This document shows positions 52,522 through 62,165 of a stretch of 64,000 nucleotides of DNA, piece after piece. The notes under the pieces were generated by a model, which was not told where the DNA came from, searched no databases, and saw nothing but the letters and a program-made list of their open reading frames with translations. Positions within the stretch are counted from its first letter, which is position 1. Every line of letters begins with the position of its first letter. The translations under genes and the position numbers were made by a program. Where the stretch lies: positions 1,689 through 65,688 of the forward strand of contig JAZDHW010000172.1 in assembly GCA_043805555.1 (NCBI GenBank), read 5' to 3'. This DNA is from Pseudomonadota bacterium (GTDB lineage Bacteria; Desulfobacterota; Desulfarculia; Desulfarculales; Desulfarculaceae).

Positions 52522-53372
52522 TGGGCCCCGTAGCCCAGACCTGGCTGGAGGCCCGGGTGCCGGTGCGCCTGCAGGCCCAGGGCCAGGCCCTGGCCCGCTG
52601 GCTCAAAATGAGCGGCGCGGCGGTGGTCTGGCGGCAGGAGGGGCAGCTCCGGGCGGTGTGGCCGGCCGGGGAAGCCGGCCGGGCGGCGGCGGCCGAGCTG
52701 GCCCGGCGCGCCGGCGAGGCGGCCCAGGTCCACGAATTCTGCGCTCCCGACCCCCGCGCGGCCTTTTCCCGCCCGCCCGAGGACCCCATCCACCCCGGCC
52801 TGGCCCTGACCCCGGCCTGGAGCGGGCTCCCGCCCACGCCATCCCGGCTGGTCATCGACCCGCTCACGGCCTTCGGGGCCGGCGACCACCCCAGCACCCG
52901 CCTGAACCTGCTGCTCCTGTCCCGGCTGCTGGCCGCCGATGCGCCCCCCGCCGGGGCCTGGGCGGCCGACGTGGGGGCCGGCACCGGGGTGCTGGCCCTG
53001 GCCATGGCGCTCATTGCCGGGCTTCAGGTGGCGGCCATGGACCCCGACCCGGCCGCGGCCCGGGCCACGGCCCGCAACTGCGGCCTAAACCCCCTGGCCG
53101 GCGGGCGGGTGCATTTCGTGCGCGCCACCCACGCCGCGCTGGCCGGCCGCCTGCCGCTCATCGCGGCCAACCTGCCGGGGCCGCTGCTCATCCACACCGC
53201 GCCCCACCTGGCCGGCTGCCTGGCACCCGGCGGGCGGCTGGTGGTCAGCGGGTTCCGGGACGAATTCGCCGGTCAGGCGGCGGAGGTCTTTGGCGGGCTG
53301 GGCATGGTCCTGCAAGACGAAGCCACCCAGGCCGGCTGGACCGGCCAGGCCTGGGCGGCGTCTGTATCTTGA
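52521..53372 (+). CDS. prmA: Ribosomal protein L11 methyltransferase-like
   Basis: It has FGAGDHPSTRL and DVGAGTGVLALA. Its ATG overlaps the upstream stop (TGATG). Confidence 0.75.
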   Translation: MGPVAQTWLEARVPVRLQAQGQALARWLKMSGAAVVWRQEGQLRAVWPAGEAGRAAAAELARRAGEAAQVHEFCAPDPRAAFSRPPEDPIHPGLALTPAWSGLPPTPSRLVIDPLTAFGAGDHPSTRLNLLLLSRLLAADAPPAGAWAADVGAGTGVLALAMALIAGLQVAAMDPDPAAARATARNCGLNPLAGGRVHFVRATHAALAGRLPLIAANLPGPLLIHTAPHLAGCLAPGGRLVVSGFRDEFAGQAAEVFGGLGMVLQDEATQAGWTGQAWAASVS

Positions 53373-53492
53373 AAAAGTCCATCCATGGACTTTTTCAACC
53401 CAAGTCGGCCGAAGTAAATTCAGCCGACTTGGCGCAAAACGCGGACCTTGGAGCAGGTCCGCGTTTTGCGGGCGGGCCATCCATGGCCCGCG
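53370..53492. repeat. Four-hairpin intergenic mosaic
   Basis: TGAAAAAGTCCATCCATGGACTTTTTCA, CCAAGTCGGC..GCCGACTTGG, CGCAAAACGCGGACC..GGTCCGCGTTTTGCG and GGCGGGCCATCCATGGCCCGC. Confidence 0.75.
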
Positions 53493-53526
53493 CAGGCTGT
53501 TCCATCAACCCGCGAGGTGTGTGTAA

Positions 53527-53937
53527 TTAGCCCATGGCCACCAGGGCCCGCACCTCCTCGACCTTGAAGACCACCCCGGCCACGATGGCCTGGGCCGCCT
53601 GGGCCCCGGCCTTGGCCGCGATGGCCTCGCGCACCGCGGCCAGCACCTCGCCGTCGCGGTCGATTTTTTGCACGCTCAGGTAGAGCCGCCAGCCGGGAGT
53701 GGTGAAGGTCACCGGCGCCTCGGCGGCCACGAAAAAGACGGCCTTGGGGTTGGCCTCCAGGTTGGCCAGGCTGCGGTTTTTCATGAGCCCCATGACCAGG
53801 GCGCCGTCGGGGTTCAGGCGCGGGCTGCCGAAATAGGCCGCGTTGGGCTGGCCCGAGGCGTCGGCCGTGGCCAACACGCCGATGCGGCCGGGCTGGTTGA
53901 TCGCCTCCACCATCTGGGCGTCGATCTGCGCCATCAT
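53527..53937 (-). CDS. Pyridoxamine 5'-phosphate oxidase-like FMN-binding protein
   Basis: It has split-barrel-like sequence (IGVLATADASGQPNAAYFGS...). ATG 53937 was chosen over the longer track ORF. Confidence 0.65.
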   Translation of the reverse strand: MMAQIDAQMVEAINQPGRIGVLATADASGQPNAAYFGSPRLNPDGALVMGLMKNRSLANLEANPKAVFFVAAEAPVTFTTPGWRLYLSVQKIDRDGEVLAAVREAIAAKAGAQAAQAIVAGVVFKVEEVRALVAMG

Positions 53938-54038
53938 GACTCTCCTTTGCAATAAGGTTGCGCGGACCCTGCGGCCCGTATGCTCATGAGGATAGGGCAG
54001 GCCGCCGAAGCCGGCCGTAGCAGGCGCTACCAACCCCC

Positions 54039-54071
54039 AAAAAAATTCACGGGGCTATGGGCCCCGTGAAT
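54039..54071 (-). terminator. Rho-independent terminator after ispB
   Basis: The minus strand reads ATTCACGGGGC-ccata-GCCCCGTGAAT followed by T6/T7. Confidence 0.7.
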
Positions 54072-54095
54072 CAACCGGCCTGACGCGGCCGGCGC

Positions 54096-55121
54096 TTAGT
54101 TGCGGCGGGTGATGACGTAGCTGGCCAGGCCCATGAGGGTGTCCTGGTCGGGGTTCGCGCCCGGACCGGTCCAGAAAGGCATGAGTGCGGCCTGGGCGGC
54201 CACGGCGTGGGCCTTGGCCTGGGCGAATGTGACCTCCACCCCGCCGTGGTCGCGCACGATGGCCTTGGCCTCCTCCAGCACCTCGGGCTTGCGCTTGCCC
54301 ATGCGGGCCAGGTCGATGAGGCGCTCGCGCACCGCGGCCGGGGCCTTCTCGCGGGCGTGGATGAAGGGCAGGGTGATCTTGCCTTCCTTCAGGTCGTGGC
54401 CCACGGGCTTGCCGAACTCGTGCATGTCGCCCACGTAGTCCAGGGCGTCGTCGACCATCTGGAAGGCCAGGCCCAGCTCCAGGCCGTAGGCGTAGAGCGC
54501 TTCCACCGCGGCCTGGTCCGCGCCGGCGTAGATGGCCCCCATCTGGCAGGCGGCGGCGATGAGCACCGCGGTCTTGGCCCGGATCACCTCCAGGTAGCCG
54601 GGATAGTCCAGGGTGTGGTTGTCGGTGTGCACCAGCTCCAGCACCTGGCCCTCGGCCATGAGGGTGGTGCAGTCGGTGAGCGCGCGCACGAAGCGCAGAT
54701 CCGGCACCTGAACCGACAGCGAATAGCTCTTGGAGAACAGGAAATCGCCCACCAGGATCACGGCGTCGTTGCCGTATTCCATCCGGGCCGCCGGCCGGCC
54801 CCGGCGCAGGCCGGACTCGTCCACCACGTCGTCGTGCAGCAGGGTGGCCGCGTGCAGGTATTCGAAGATGGCGGCCAGGCGGGGGTCGCCGGGCCGGCCC
54901 ATGGCCGCCGCGGCCAGCATGAACAGCGCCGGGCGCAGGCGCTTGCCCCCGCTGAAGATGATATAGTCGCTCACCTGGCCGATCAGGGGCACGTGGCTGG
55001 TCAGGTTGTCCTGGAGGGCCTGGTCGGCCGGCGCGGCCAGGGCCAGCACCCGGGCCTTGACCTCGGCGTTGTCCAGGGGGGTGATCAGCTCGCCAGCGGG
55101 CGGGTTTTGGGCGGGGGACAC
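54096..55121 (-). CDS. ispB: Polyprenyl diphosphate synthase (octa/heptaprenyl type)
   Basis: The two Asp-rich motifs are LLHDDVVDE and FQMVDDALD. Confidence 0.9.
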   Translation of the reverse strand: MSPAQNPPAGELITPLDNAEVKARVLALAAPADQALQDNLTSHVPLIGQVSDYIIFSGGKRLRPALFMLAAAAMGRPGDPRLAAIFEYLHAATLLHDDVVDESGLRRGRPAARMEYGNDAVILVGDFLFSKSYSLSVQVPDLRFVRALTDCTTLMAEGQVLELVHTDNHTLDYPGYLEVIRAKTAVLIAAACQMGAIYAGADQAAVEALYAYGLELGLAFQMVDDALDYVGDMHEFGKPVGHDLKEGKITLPFIHAREKAPAAVRERLIDLARMGKRKPEVLEEAKAIVRDHGGVEVTFAQAKAHAVAAQAALMPFWTGPGANPDQDTLMGLASYVITRRN

Positions 55122-55182
55122 GGCGTTTCTCCGGAAGCGGGTTGGACTGCTGCCCCCCTCTACCCAATGCGGGGGGGGGTTG

Positions 55183-55902
55183 TCAAGCCGGGCGGTCGGC
55201 GGCCGCCCACAGGGCGCTCACCTGCTGGGGGTGGCGCCGGCAAAGCTCGCGCAGGAGGGGCTGGACCGCGGGCAGAAGCTCCTCGGGCGGGCGCAGGCGG
55301 TCCAGCTCGGCGTCCAGGCCCAGGCGCTGGGCCGAGAGCGGGTGGAACGACATCGCCGCGGCGGCCGCGGCCGTCTCGCCGGGGGTGAAGTTGACCCCCA
55401 AGAGCCGGCGGCGCTGCAACTCCACGGGATTGAGCGAGCGCAGGTAGGATTGCAGGCCCAACAGGTCGTAGTTGCGCTCGAAGCTCATGATGTCCTGATT
55501 CACCTCGTCGCGCAGGGACAGCACCTCCAGGCGCTCCTGGATCAGCGCCTCATGGCTGGCCCACAGGTCGCGGTAGATGCGCCCCACCAGGCGGCGGTAG
55601 CGCCGGCAGCGGGTCAGGCCGCGCACGGCCGGCAAGTCGATCTGGCCGGGGTTGAGCGCGTCCGGGGTGATGGAGAGCCCGGCCAGGGCGAAAAAGCGCC
55701 CCACGCCCTCGTGGGTGATCAGGGCGCGGGCCAGGCGGACCTTGTTGGCCTCCCAGGCGCAGATGCCGCCCTGGAAGGCGCTGCAGGCCTCGAAAAGGAT
55801 GTTGGTCTCCTCTTCCACGATGCGGCGTTCGCGCAGGTAGTTCTCGATGATCTCCTGCTTGACCGCCTGGTTGAGGGCGGAGATCAGGTCGTCGTCGGCC
55901 AA
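55183..55902 (-). CDS. Hypothetical protein
   Basis: It is a 239-aa ORF with coding-like composition. No motif was recognised. Confidence 0.45.
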   Translation of the reverse strand: MADDDLISALNQAVKQEIIENYLRERRIVEEETNILFEACSAFQGGICAWEANKVRLARALITHEGVGRFFALAGLSITPDALNPGQIDLPAVRGLTRCRRYRRLVGRIYRDLWASHEALIQERLEVLSLRDEVNQDIMSFERNYDLLGLQSYLRSLNPVELQRRRLLGVNFTPGETAAAAAAMSFHPLSAQRLGLDAELDRLRPPEELLPAVQPLLRELCRRHPQQVSALWAAADRPA

Positions 55903-55997
55903 GCTGCACCGTCCGGGTGTGATGATGGCGTATCCGGGCCATGGCCCTTGTGAGCGGCCCGGCTTTTTGCTAGCTTGGCCAATTGGAGGCCCGCAGC

Positions 55998-56849
55998 ATG
56001 CAAAAAGTGGTGGTGGTGTACAAGGCCAACTCGGCCGAGGCCCTGGAGCTGGCCCGCCGCCTGGGCGACTGGCTGGGCCGGCGCGGCCGGGGGGCGCTGT
56101 TGCACGAGGCCCAGGCCGAACCGGCCGGCCACGCCCCCGCCGACCCGAACCTGCCGCCGGACTGCGGCCTGGTGGTGGTGCTGGGCGGCGACGGCACCAT
56201 GCTGGGCGCGGTGCGCGAGACCGTGCGCGCCGGCCTGGCCCAGGCCCCCATCCTGGGCGTGAACCTGGGCGGCCTGGGCTTCCTCACCGCCCTGGCCCCG
56301 GAGGAGCTGCTGCCGGCCCTGGAGATGGTGCTGGACGGCCATTTCAGCGCCCCGCCGCGCCTGATGCTGGAGGCCTGCGTGCGCCGCCAGGGGGCCCCGG
56401 AGCGCCGGGTGGTGGCCCTGAACGACGTGGTGATCAACAAGGCCGCCCTGGCCCGCATCGTGGAGCTGACCCTCAGCGTGGACGATAAGCCGCTCACGGT
56501 CTTCCGGGCCGATGGCCTGATCATCGCCACCCCCACCGGCTCCACCGCCTACAACCTCTCGGCCGGCGGCCCCATCTGCCATCCCAGCCTGGACTGCATC
56601 GTGGTCACGCCCATCTGCTCCTTCGCGCTGAGCAACCGGCCGCTCCTCCTGGGCCCGCAGATGACGCTGAGCGTGGAGCTGGGCCAGCGGGCCCAGGACA
56701 CCACCCTGACCAGCGACGGCCAGGTGGGCATCCAGCTCCTGCCCGGCGACCGCATCGACATCCGCCGGGCCGGGCCCTCGGTGCGCCTGGTGCAATCGCC
56801 CTTCAAGGACTATTTCGAGATCCTGCGCACCAAGCTGCGCTGGGGCTGA
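55998..56849 (+). CDS. nadK: NAD kinase
   Basis: The motifs are GGDGTMLG, NLGGLGFL and TPTGSTAYNLSAGGP. ATG 55998 has GGAGG 9 nt upstream, whereas the track starts at TTG 55983. Confidence 0.9.
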   Translation: MQKVVVVYKANSAEALELARRLGDWLGRRGRGALLHEAQAEPAGHAPADPNLPPDCGLVVVLGGDGTMLGAVRETVRAGLAQAPILGVNLGGLGFLTALAPEELLPALEMVLDGHFSAPPRLMLEACVRRQGAPERRVVALNDVVINKAALARIVELTLSVDDKPLTVFRADGLIIATPTGSTAYNLSAGGPICHPSLDCIVVTPICSFALSNRPLLLGPQMTLSVELGQRAQDTTLTSDGQVGIQLLPGDRIDIRRAGPSVRLVQSPFKDYFEILRTKLRWG

Positions 56850-56890
56850 GAGCCCCCCGCCCAGCCGGGCCTGCGCCGCCGCCGGGGCCA

Positions 56891-57934
56891 TCAGGCCTCC
56901 TGGCGGGGCAGGCGCACGCAAAAGACGCTGCCCTGGCCGGGCTGGCTGTCCAGCTCCAGGCTGCCGCCGTGGGCGGCCACGATCTTGCGGCTGATGGCCA
57001 GGCCCAGGCCGGTGCCCTGGTGCTTGGTGGTGAAAAAGGGGAAAAAAATCCGGCCCGTGTCCTCGCGGGGGATGCCGCAGCCCTGGTCGCTCACCTCCAG
57101 GCGCACCTCGTCGCCGCCGGCCCGGGCGCTGAGCCAGACCTGGCTGCCCCGGGGGCTGGCCTGGATGGCGTTTTGCAGCAGGTTGAGGGTCACCTGCTTG
57201 AGCCGGGCGGCGTCCACCACCGCGCAGGCGCTGTGGGATCCGGGGTCGCAGACCACCCGCACCCCGTGGTTCTGGGCCAGCTCCCCGGCCAGCTCGGCGC
57301 ATTCGGCCATCAGCGGCCCCAGGTCCTGGGAGGCCAGGTTCAGGTGCAGGGGGCGCGAGTAGTCCAGCATCTCCCTTAAAAGCCGCTCCATGTGCCCCAC
57401 CTGCGCCACGATGATCTCCAGTTGGCGGTGGTGGGGGTGCTCGGCCGGGGATTCGCGCAGCATGCGCTGGGCGAACCCGCCGATGGCCACCAGCGGGGTC
57501 TTGAGTTCGTGGGCCACGGCCGCGGTGGCCTGGCCCAACAGGGCCAGGTCCTGGTTCTGCTTGAGCCGCTGGGACTCCCGGCGCTCGCGGTCCACGATCA
57601 GGCCGATGATGATGCCGGTGAGGAAATAGAGCCCCAGCTCCACCAGGTTGATGGTCAGCGAGCCGTCCGGGGGGCTGGATTGGGCGGCGATGAGGGGCTG
57701 ATAGTAGTTGAGCGAGATGAGCAGGGCGGCGCTGAGACCGCCGCGCAGGCCGAAAAGCAGGCAGGCCATGAAGAGCGGCAGGAAGAAAAGGCGCTGCACC
57801 ACGGCCAGCAGCGGCGAACCGGTGTCCAGCAGGCGGGAATGGGCCAGCGACAGCCCGGCCAGGAGCAGGGCCACGGGCACAACCTTGGCCCAGGTGGGGA
57901 TGATCTGCCAGCGACGCAGCAGGCCGGAGAACAT
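56891..57934 (-). CDS. Membrane sensor histidine kinase
   Basis: It has N-terminal TM helices, the H-box AAVAHELKTPL and HATPase motifs (DQGCGI, GTGLGL). ATG 57934 is preferred. Confidence 0.8.
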   Translation of the reverse strand: MFSGLLRRWQIIPTWAKVVPVALLLAGLSLAHSRLLDTGSPLLAVVQRLFFLPLFMACLLFGLRGGLSAALLISLNYYQPLIAAQSSPPDGSLTINLVELGLYFLTGIIIGLIVDRERRESQRLKQNQDLALLGQATAAVAHELKTPLVAIGGFAQRMLRESPAEHPHHRQLEIIVAQVGHMERLLREMLDYSRPLHLNLASQDLGPLMAECAELAGELAQNHGVRVVCDPGSHSACAVVDAARLKQVTLNLLQNAIQASPRGSQVWLSARAGGDEVRLEVSDQGCGIPREDTGRIFFPFFTTKHQGTGLGLAISRKIVAAHGGSLELDSQPGQGSVFCVRLPRQEA

Positions 57935-58167
57935 CGGCGACCTCCGCTCCAGCCGGGACCGGCGAGCGCATGCACGGTGCGGATGACCACCAGCATACAA
58001 CAGCACCCGGCCCCTCGCCAAGCAAGGCCTCGGCCACAGAAATGAATTGCCTGCCGCCCCCCGGCGTGGTACCAAAAAAACACGGGCCGTGGGCGGGCTG
58101 GCGCGAGGGGCCAGCCGGGTTGCCTGGTCCGCGATTGCTGGCAAAACCCTCCCGGCGAGGATCACCC

Positions 58168-58596
58168 ATGCCCAGGATGCGTCTGCTGCCCCTGCCCCTG
58201 CTTCTGCTGCTGCTCTGCCCCCTGGTCATGGCCATGGGCTTCGGCGACAGCAACGCCCCCACCCGCATCCCCGAGCCCCAGGCCAACTACCGGGGCCTGG
58301 TGGTGGACCAGGAAGGCACCCGGGTGGACCTGACCCAGGTGGCCGTCGACGGCCAGACCTTTGTGCTGGGCAGCCTGGGCCAGGGCCAGGCCGCCATACC
58401 CTTCGACAAGGTCAAGACCGTGGAACTGGCCAACCAGGGCGGGGTGCTCAAGGGCAAGGTGAGCCTGAAAGAGGGCGCGCCGGTGGAGCTGGTCATGGAT
58501 GGCCTGCTCAAGCTGACCGGCCGCACCAGCTTCGGCAACTTCCGCATCCCCCTGGCCGAGGTGCGCTCCATCGAGATCCAGGGCCTGGTGCGCTAG
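58168..58596 (+). CDS. Secreted hypothetical protein
   Basis: The signal peptide MPRMRLLPLPLLLLLLCPLVMA begins at ATG 58168. Confidence 0.5.
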   Translation: MPRMRLLPLPLLLLLLCPLVMAMGFGDSNAPTRIPEPQANYRGLVVDQEGTRVDLTQVAVDGQTFVLGSLGQGQAAIPFDKVKTVELANQGGVLKGKVSLKEGAPVELVMDGLLKLTGRTSFGNFRIPLAEVRSIEIQGLVR

Positions 58597-58606
58597 AGGC
58601 CGGGCC

Positions 58607-59407
58607 GTGGCCGCGGTCGCGGACCTGCGCCGGATCGTCCGGGATTTCGTGGCCGCCTATCCGGCCCGGACCGGGGTGCGAGACTGGTGGCGCGAGCCCC
58701 TCTTGGTCACCGCCCCGGCTGACGGACGCTTCGGGCAACTCCCCCGCATCGCTGCGCCAGACCACCTGCTGCCGGCCGACCTGCTGCCCGGCGCGCGCAG
58801 CGTGATCGTCTACTTCATCCCCTTCCAGCGCGCGCTGGCCGCGGCCAACCGGCCGGGCGAGTTCCCCTGCCGGGACTGGGGCCTGGCCTACCACCAGACC
58901 AACGCCATGATCGCGGCCATCAATGAGCGCCTGGCCGCCTGGCTGGGCGAACAGGGCCACGCCGCGGCCGTGACCCCGGCCACGGCCAACTTCGACCCGG
59001 TGCGGCTGGTGAGCCGCTGGTCCCACAAGCACCTGGGCCACCTGGCCGGCCTGGGCCGGTTCGGGGTCAACTGCCAGCTCATCACTCCGGCCGGCTGCAC
59101 CGGCCGCCTGGGCAGCCTGGTCACCACGGCCGATTTGGGCGACCACCCCCTGGTGAGCGCGGCCGAGCACTGCCTGCACCGCCGGGGGCTGGCTTGCCTG
59201 GCCTGCGCCCGGCGCTGCCCGGCCGGCGCATTGAGCGCCGAGGGCTTCGACCGCCAGGCCTGCTACGCCCGCCTGGAGCTGGCCGAGACCCAGCCCGAGT
59301 TCGAAGGCCTGCCCATGCCCAGCCACGTCTGCGCCAAATGCCAGGTGATGCTGCCGTGCAGCTTCGAGGCACCGGCCGCCGGGCGCGGGGAGGCCGAGCG
59401 GGCCTAG
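58607..59407 (+). CDS. QueG/reductive-dehalogenase-related 4Fe-4S protein
   Basis: It has SHKHLGHLAGLGRFGVNCQLITP...GRLGSLVTTADL and the CLACARRCP cluster motif. The start is a GTG. Confidence 0.6.
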   Translation: MAAVADLRRIVRDFVAAYPARTGVRDWWREPLLVTAPADGRFGQLPRIAAPDHLLPADLLPGARSVIVYFIPFQRALAAANRPGEFPCRDWGLAYHQTNAMIAAINERLAAWLGEQGHAAAVTPATANFDPVRLVSRWSHKHLGHLAGLGRFGVNCQLITPAGCTGRLGSLVTTADLGDHPLVSAAEHCLHRRGLACLACARRCPAGALSAEGFDRQACYARLELAETQPEFEGLPMPSHVCAKCQVMLPCSFEAPAAGRGEAERA

Positions 59408-60069
59408 ACCAGGCGCTCCGGCCGGGGCAAAAACAGGCGGATCAGGAGCAGGCCGGCCACGAAGCCGCCGATGTGGGCCATCCAGGCCACGCCGGAGCCG
59501 CCCACGCCCAGCACCTGGAATAAGAACCAGATGCCCAGCATCAGCACCGCCGGCACCCGCACGAAGTTCACGAAGAAGAAGAACCAGATCAGCACCACCA
59601 CGTTGGCCCGGGGGTAGAGCAGGAAATAGGCCCCCAGCACCGCGGCGATGGCCCCGCTGGCCCCCACCATGGGCAGCATGGCCCCGGGTTCGGTGAGCAC
59701 GAAGGCCAGGGCGGCCAGCACCCCGCCCACCAGGTAGAAGGCCAAAAAGCGCACCGGGCCCAGACGGTCCTCGATGTTGTTGCCGAAGATCCACAGATAG
59801 AGCATGTTGCCGGCCACGTGCAGGATGTCGCCGTGCAGGAACATGCTGGTGAGCACGGTCAGCGGCCGGGCGATGAAATCCGGCGGCGGCCCCTGGCGGG
59901 CGCTGTGGGTCAGCCAGCCCGGCACCAGGCCGTAGTCGTAGATGAACAGTTGCTCGGCCGGGCCGGAGAGCAGGAGCTGGTAGGCGTAGACCAAGAGATT
60001 GGCCGCGATGAGGGCGATGGTCAGAAAGGGGACGCCCTGGGTGGGGTTCTCGTCGCGGATGGGAATCAT
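59404..60069 (-). CDS. Rhomboid-family intramembrane serine protease
   Basis: The motifs are HGDILHVAGNM, GASGAIAAVLGAY and HIGGFVAG. Confidence 0.85.
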   Translation of the reverse strand: MIPIRDENPTQGVPFLTIALIAANLLVYAYQLLLSGPAEQLFIYDYGLVPGWLTHSARQGPPPDFIARPLTVLTSMFLHGDILHVAGNMLYLWIFGNNIEDRLGPVRFLAFYLVGGVLAALAFVLTEPGAMLPMVGASGAIAAVLGAYFLLYPRANVVVLIWFFFFVNFVRVPAVLMLGIWFLFQVLGVGGSGVAWMAHIGGFVAGLLLIRLFLPRPERLV

Positions 60070-60210
60070 CGCCGCCTCCGGCTCGGTGCGGCCCCCAGCA
60101 TGAACCAAGCCGGCCGCCGTGGCAAGCCCCCGGCCGGCGCGGGCAGGAGTTGCATCCCCGGCGGGGGTGGGATAGCCTTGGGCAAAAGCCTGTTATGCAA
60201 GGAAACCGCC

Positions 60211-61548
60211 ATGGCCGACCCCGCCGGCAAACGCGTGCACATCACCACCTTCGGCTGCCAGATGAACGAGTACGACTCGGCGCGCATGCTGGCCATGCTG
60301 AACGGCCAGGGCTGGCGCGAGGCGGATGGCGTGGAGGACGCGGACCTGATCCTCATCAACACCTGCTCGGTGCGCGAGCTGGCCGAGCACAAGGTCCACT
60401 CCCTGGTGGGCAGCCTCAGGGAGCTCAAGGCCCAGCGGCCGGGGCTGATGATCGCGGTGGGCGGCTGCGTGGCCCAGCAGGAGGGCCAGCGCCTGCTGAA
60501 GAAAAACCCGCACCTGGATCTCGTCTTCGGCACCGGGGTCATCGAGCGCCTGCCCGAGCTGGTGGCCCAGGCCGCCCAGGGCCGGCGCACCGCCCTGACC
60601 GAGCTGCAAACCGCGCCCTTTGCCGCGCCCGCCGCGCCCATCGTCCTGGCGGCCAAGCCCGGCCTCAAGGCCATGGTCACCGTGATGCGCGGCTGCGACA
60701 ATTTTTGCTCCTACTGCGTGGTGCCCTACGTGCGCGGCCGCGAGGCCAGCCGCCCGGCGGCCGAGGTGGTGGACGAAGTCGCGGCCCTGGCCGCGGCCGG
60801 GGTGCGCGAGGTGACCCTGCTGGGCCAGAACGTCAACTCCTACCGCGATCCGGAGGGCGGCCTGGGCTTTGCCGGGCTGCTCGGGCGGGTGGCGGAGGTG
60901 GCCGACATCTGGCGGGTGCGTTTCACCACCAGCCACCCCAAGGACCTGTCGCCGGAGCTGATCCAGGCCATCGCCGGCATCGACAAGGTGATGGAGCAGC
61001 TCCACCTGCCGGCCCAGTCGGGCAGCGACCGCGTCCTGAAGGCCATGCACCGGGGCTATACCCGGGCCCAATACCTGGAGCGGGTGGCCGAGCTGCGGGC
61101 CCTGGCGCCGGATATCGCCCTGGGCGGGGACATCATCGTGGGCTTTCCCGGCGAGACCGAGGCGGAGTTCGCCGAGAGCCTGGAGCTCCTGGACCAGGCC
61201 CAATACGATTTCCTGTACAGTTTCAAATATTCAGACCGGCCTTTCACCAAGGCCGGGCGCATGGCGGGCAAGCTGCCGGCGGCGGTCAAGGCCCAGCGCC
61301 TGGAGCGCTTGCAGGACCGCCAGAAACAGATTTCGCTTGCCCTGCACCGGGCCCAGGTGGGCAAGCTGGAAGAAGTCCTGGTGGAAGGCCCGGCCAAGAA
61401 GGGCGCGGGCATGCTCACCGGCCGCAGCCGGGCCGGCCGGGCGGTCAACTTCCCAGGCTCGCCCGAACTGACGGGCAGCCTGGTGCGGGTGCGCATCAGC
61501 GAGGGGCTGGTCAATTCGCTTCGCGGCCGGCTGGAGCCGCCGGCCTGA
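60211..61548 (+). CDS. miaB: tRNA-2-methylthio-N6-dimethylallyladenosine synthase
   Basis: It has TFGCQMNEYDS and the radical SAM motif CDNFCSYCVVP, plus a TRAM C-terminus. The start is an internal ATG at 60211. Confidence 0.9.
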   Translation: MADPAGKRVHITTFGCQMNEYDSARMLAMLNGQGWREADGVEDADLILINTCSVRELAEHKVHSLVGSLRELKAQRPGLMIAVGGCVAQQEGQRLLKKNPHLDLVFGTGVIERLPELVAQAAQGRRTALTELQTAPFAAPAAPIVLAAKPGLKAMVTVMRGCDNFCSYCVVPYVRGREASRPAAEVVDEVAALAAAGVREVTLLGQNVNSYRDPEGGLGFAGLLGRVAEVADIWRVRFTTSHPKDLSPELIQAIAGIDKVMEQLHLPAQSGSDRVLKAMHRGYTRAQYLERVAELRALAPDIALGGDIIVGFPGETEAEFAESLELLDQAQYDFLYSFKYSDRPFTKAGRMAGKLPAAVKAQRLERLQDRQKQISLALHRAQVGKLEEVLVEGPAKKGAGMLTGRSRAGRAVNFPGSPELTGSLVRVRISEGLVNSLRGRLEPPA

Positions 61549-61561
61549 GGGGAGGAGAGTC

Positions 61562-62041
61562 GTGATCCGCATGATAGTGCAGGGGCTGACCATTGACCCG
61601 GCCAGCAACTCCCCCATCCTCATCCTGAAGGAGCCCGAAGGGGAGCGCAGCCTGCCCATCTGGATCGGCCTTTTGGAGGCCACCGCCATCGCCAGCGAGC
61701 TGGAGAAGGTGGCTTTCGCCCGGCCCATGACCCACGACCTGTTGCGCAACGTCATCACCGCCCTGGACCACAGCATCAGCAAGGTGGAGGTGGTGGACCT
61801 GAGGGACAACACCTTCTACGCCCTGGTGCACCTGCTGGGCCCGGCCGGGGGAAGGGTCATCGACGCCCGGCCCTCGGACGCCGTGGCCCTGGCGCTCCGG
61901 GCCGAGGCGCCCATCTACGTGGCCCTCAAGGTCCTGGATCTGGCCGGCGGGGCCGAGGCCGGCGGCGGCCAGGACGAAGACAAGTGGAAAGAGCTGCTGG
62001 AGAAAATGGACCCGGAGGACTTCGGCAAGTATAAAATGTGA
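61562..62041 (+). CDS. Bifunctional nuclease (BFN/DUF151) domain protein
   Basis: The sequence contains ILILKEPEGERSLPIWIG...EATAIA and RPMTHDLL. The start is a GTG. Confidence 0.8.
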   Translation: MIRMIVQGLTIDPASNSPILILKEPEGERSLPIWIGLLEATAIASELEKVAFARPMTHDLLRNVITALDHSISKVEVVDLRDNTFYALVHLLGPAGGRVIDARPSDAVALALRAEAPIYVALKVLDLAGGAEAGGGQDEDKWKELLEKMDPEDFGKYKM

Positions 62042-62165
62042 TATAAGACTATTGCGTAGGATGTTGCTACCCAATATTGCTTAGGTGTTCTGCTATCGGC
62101 AGCCAATGCCGCTAACCCGGGAAAGGCGATCGCTTTCCCGGCCGCAAATTCACCAATGGGACCCC

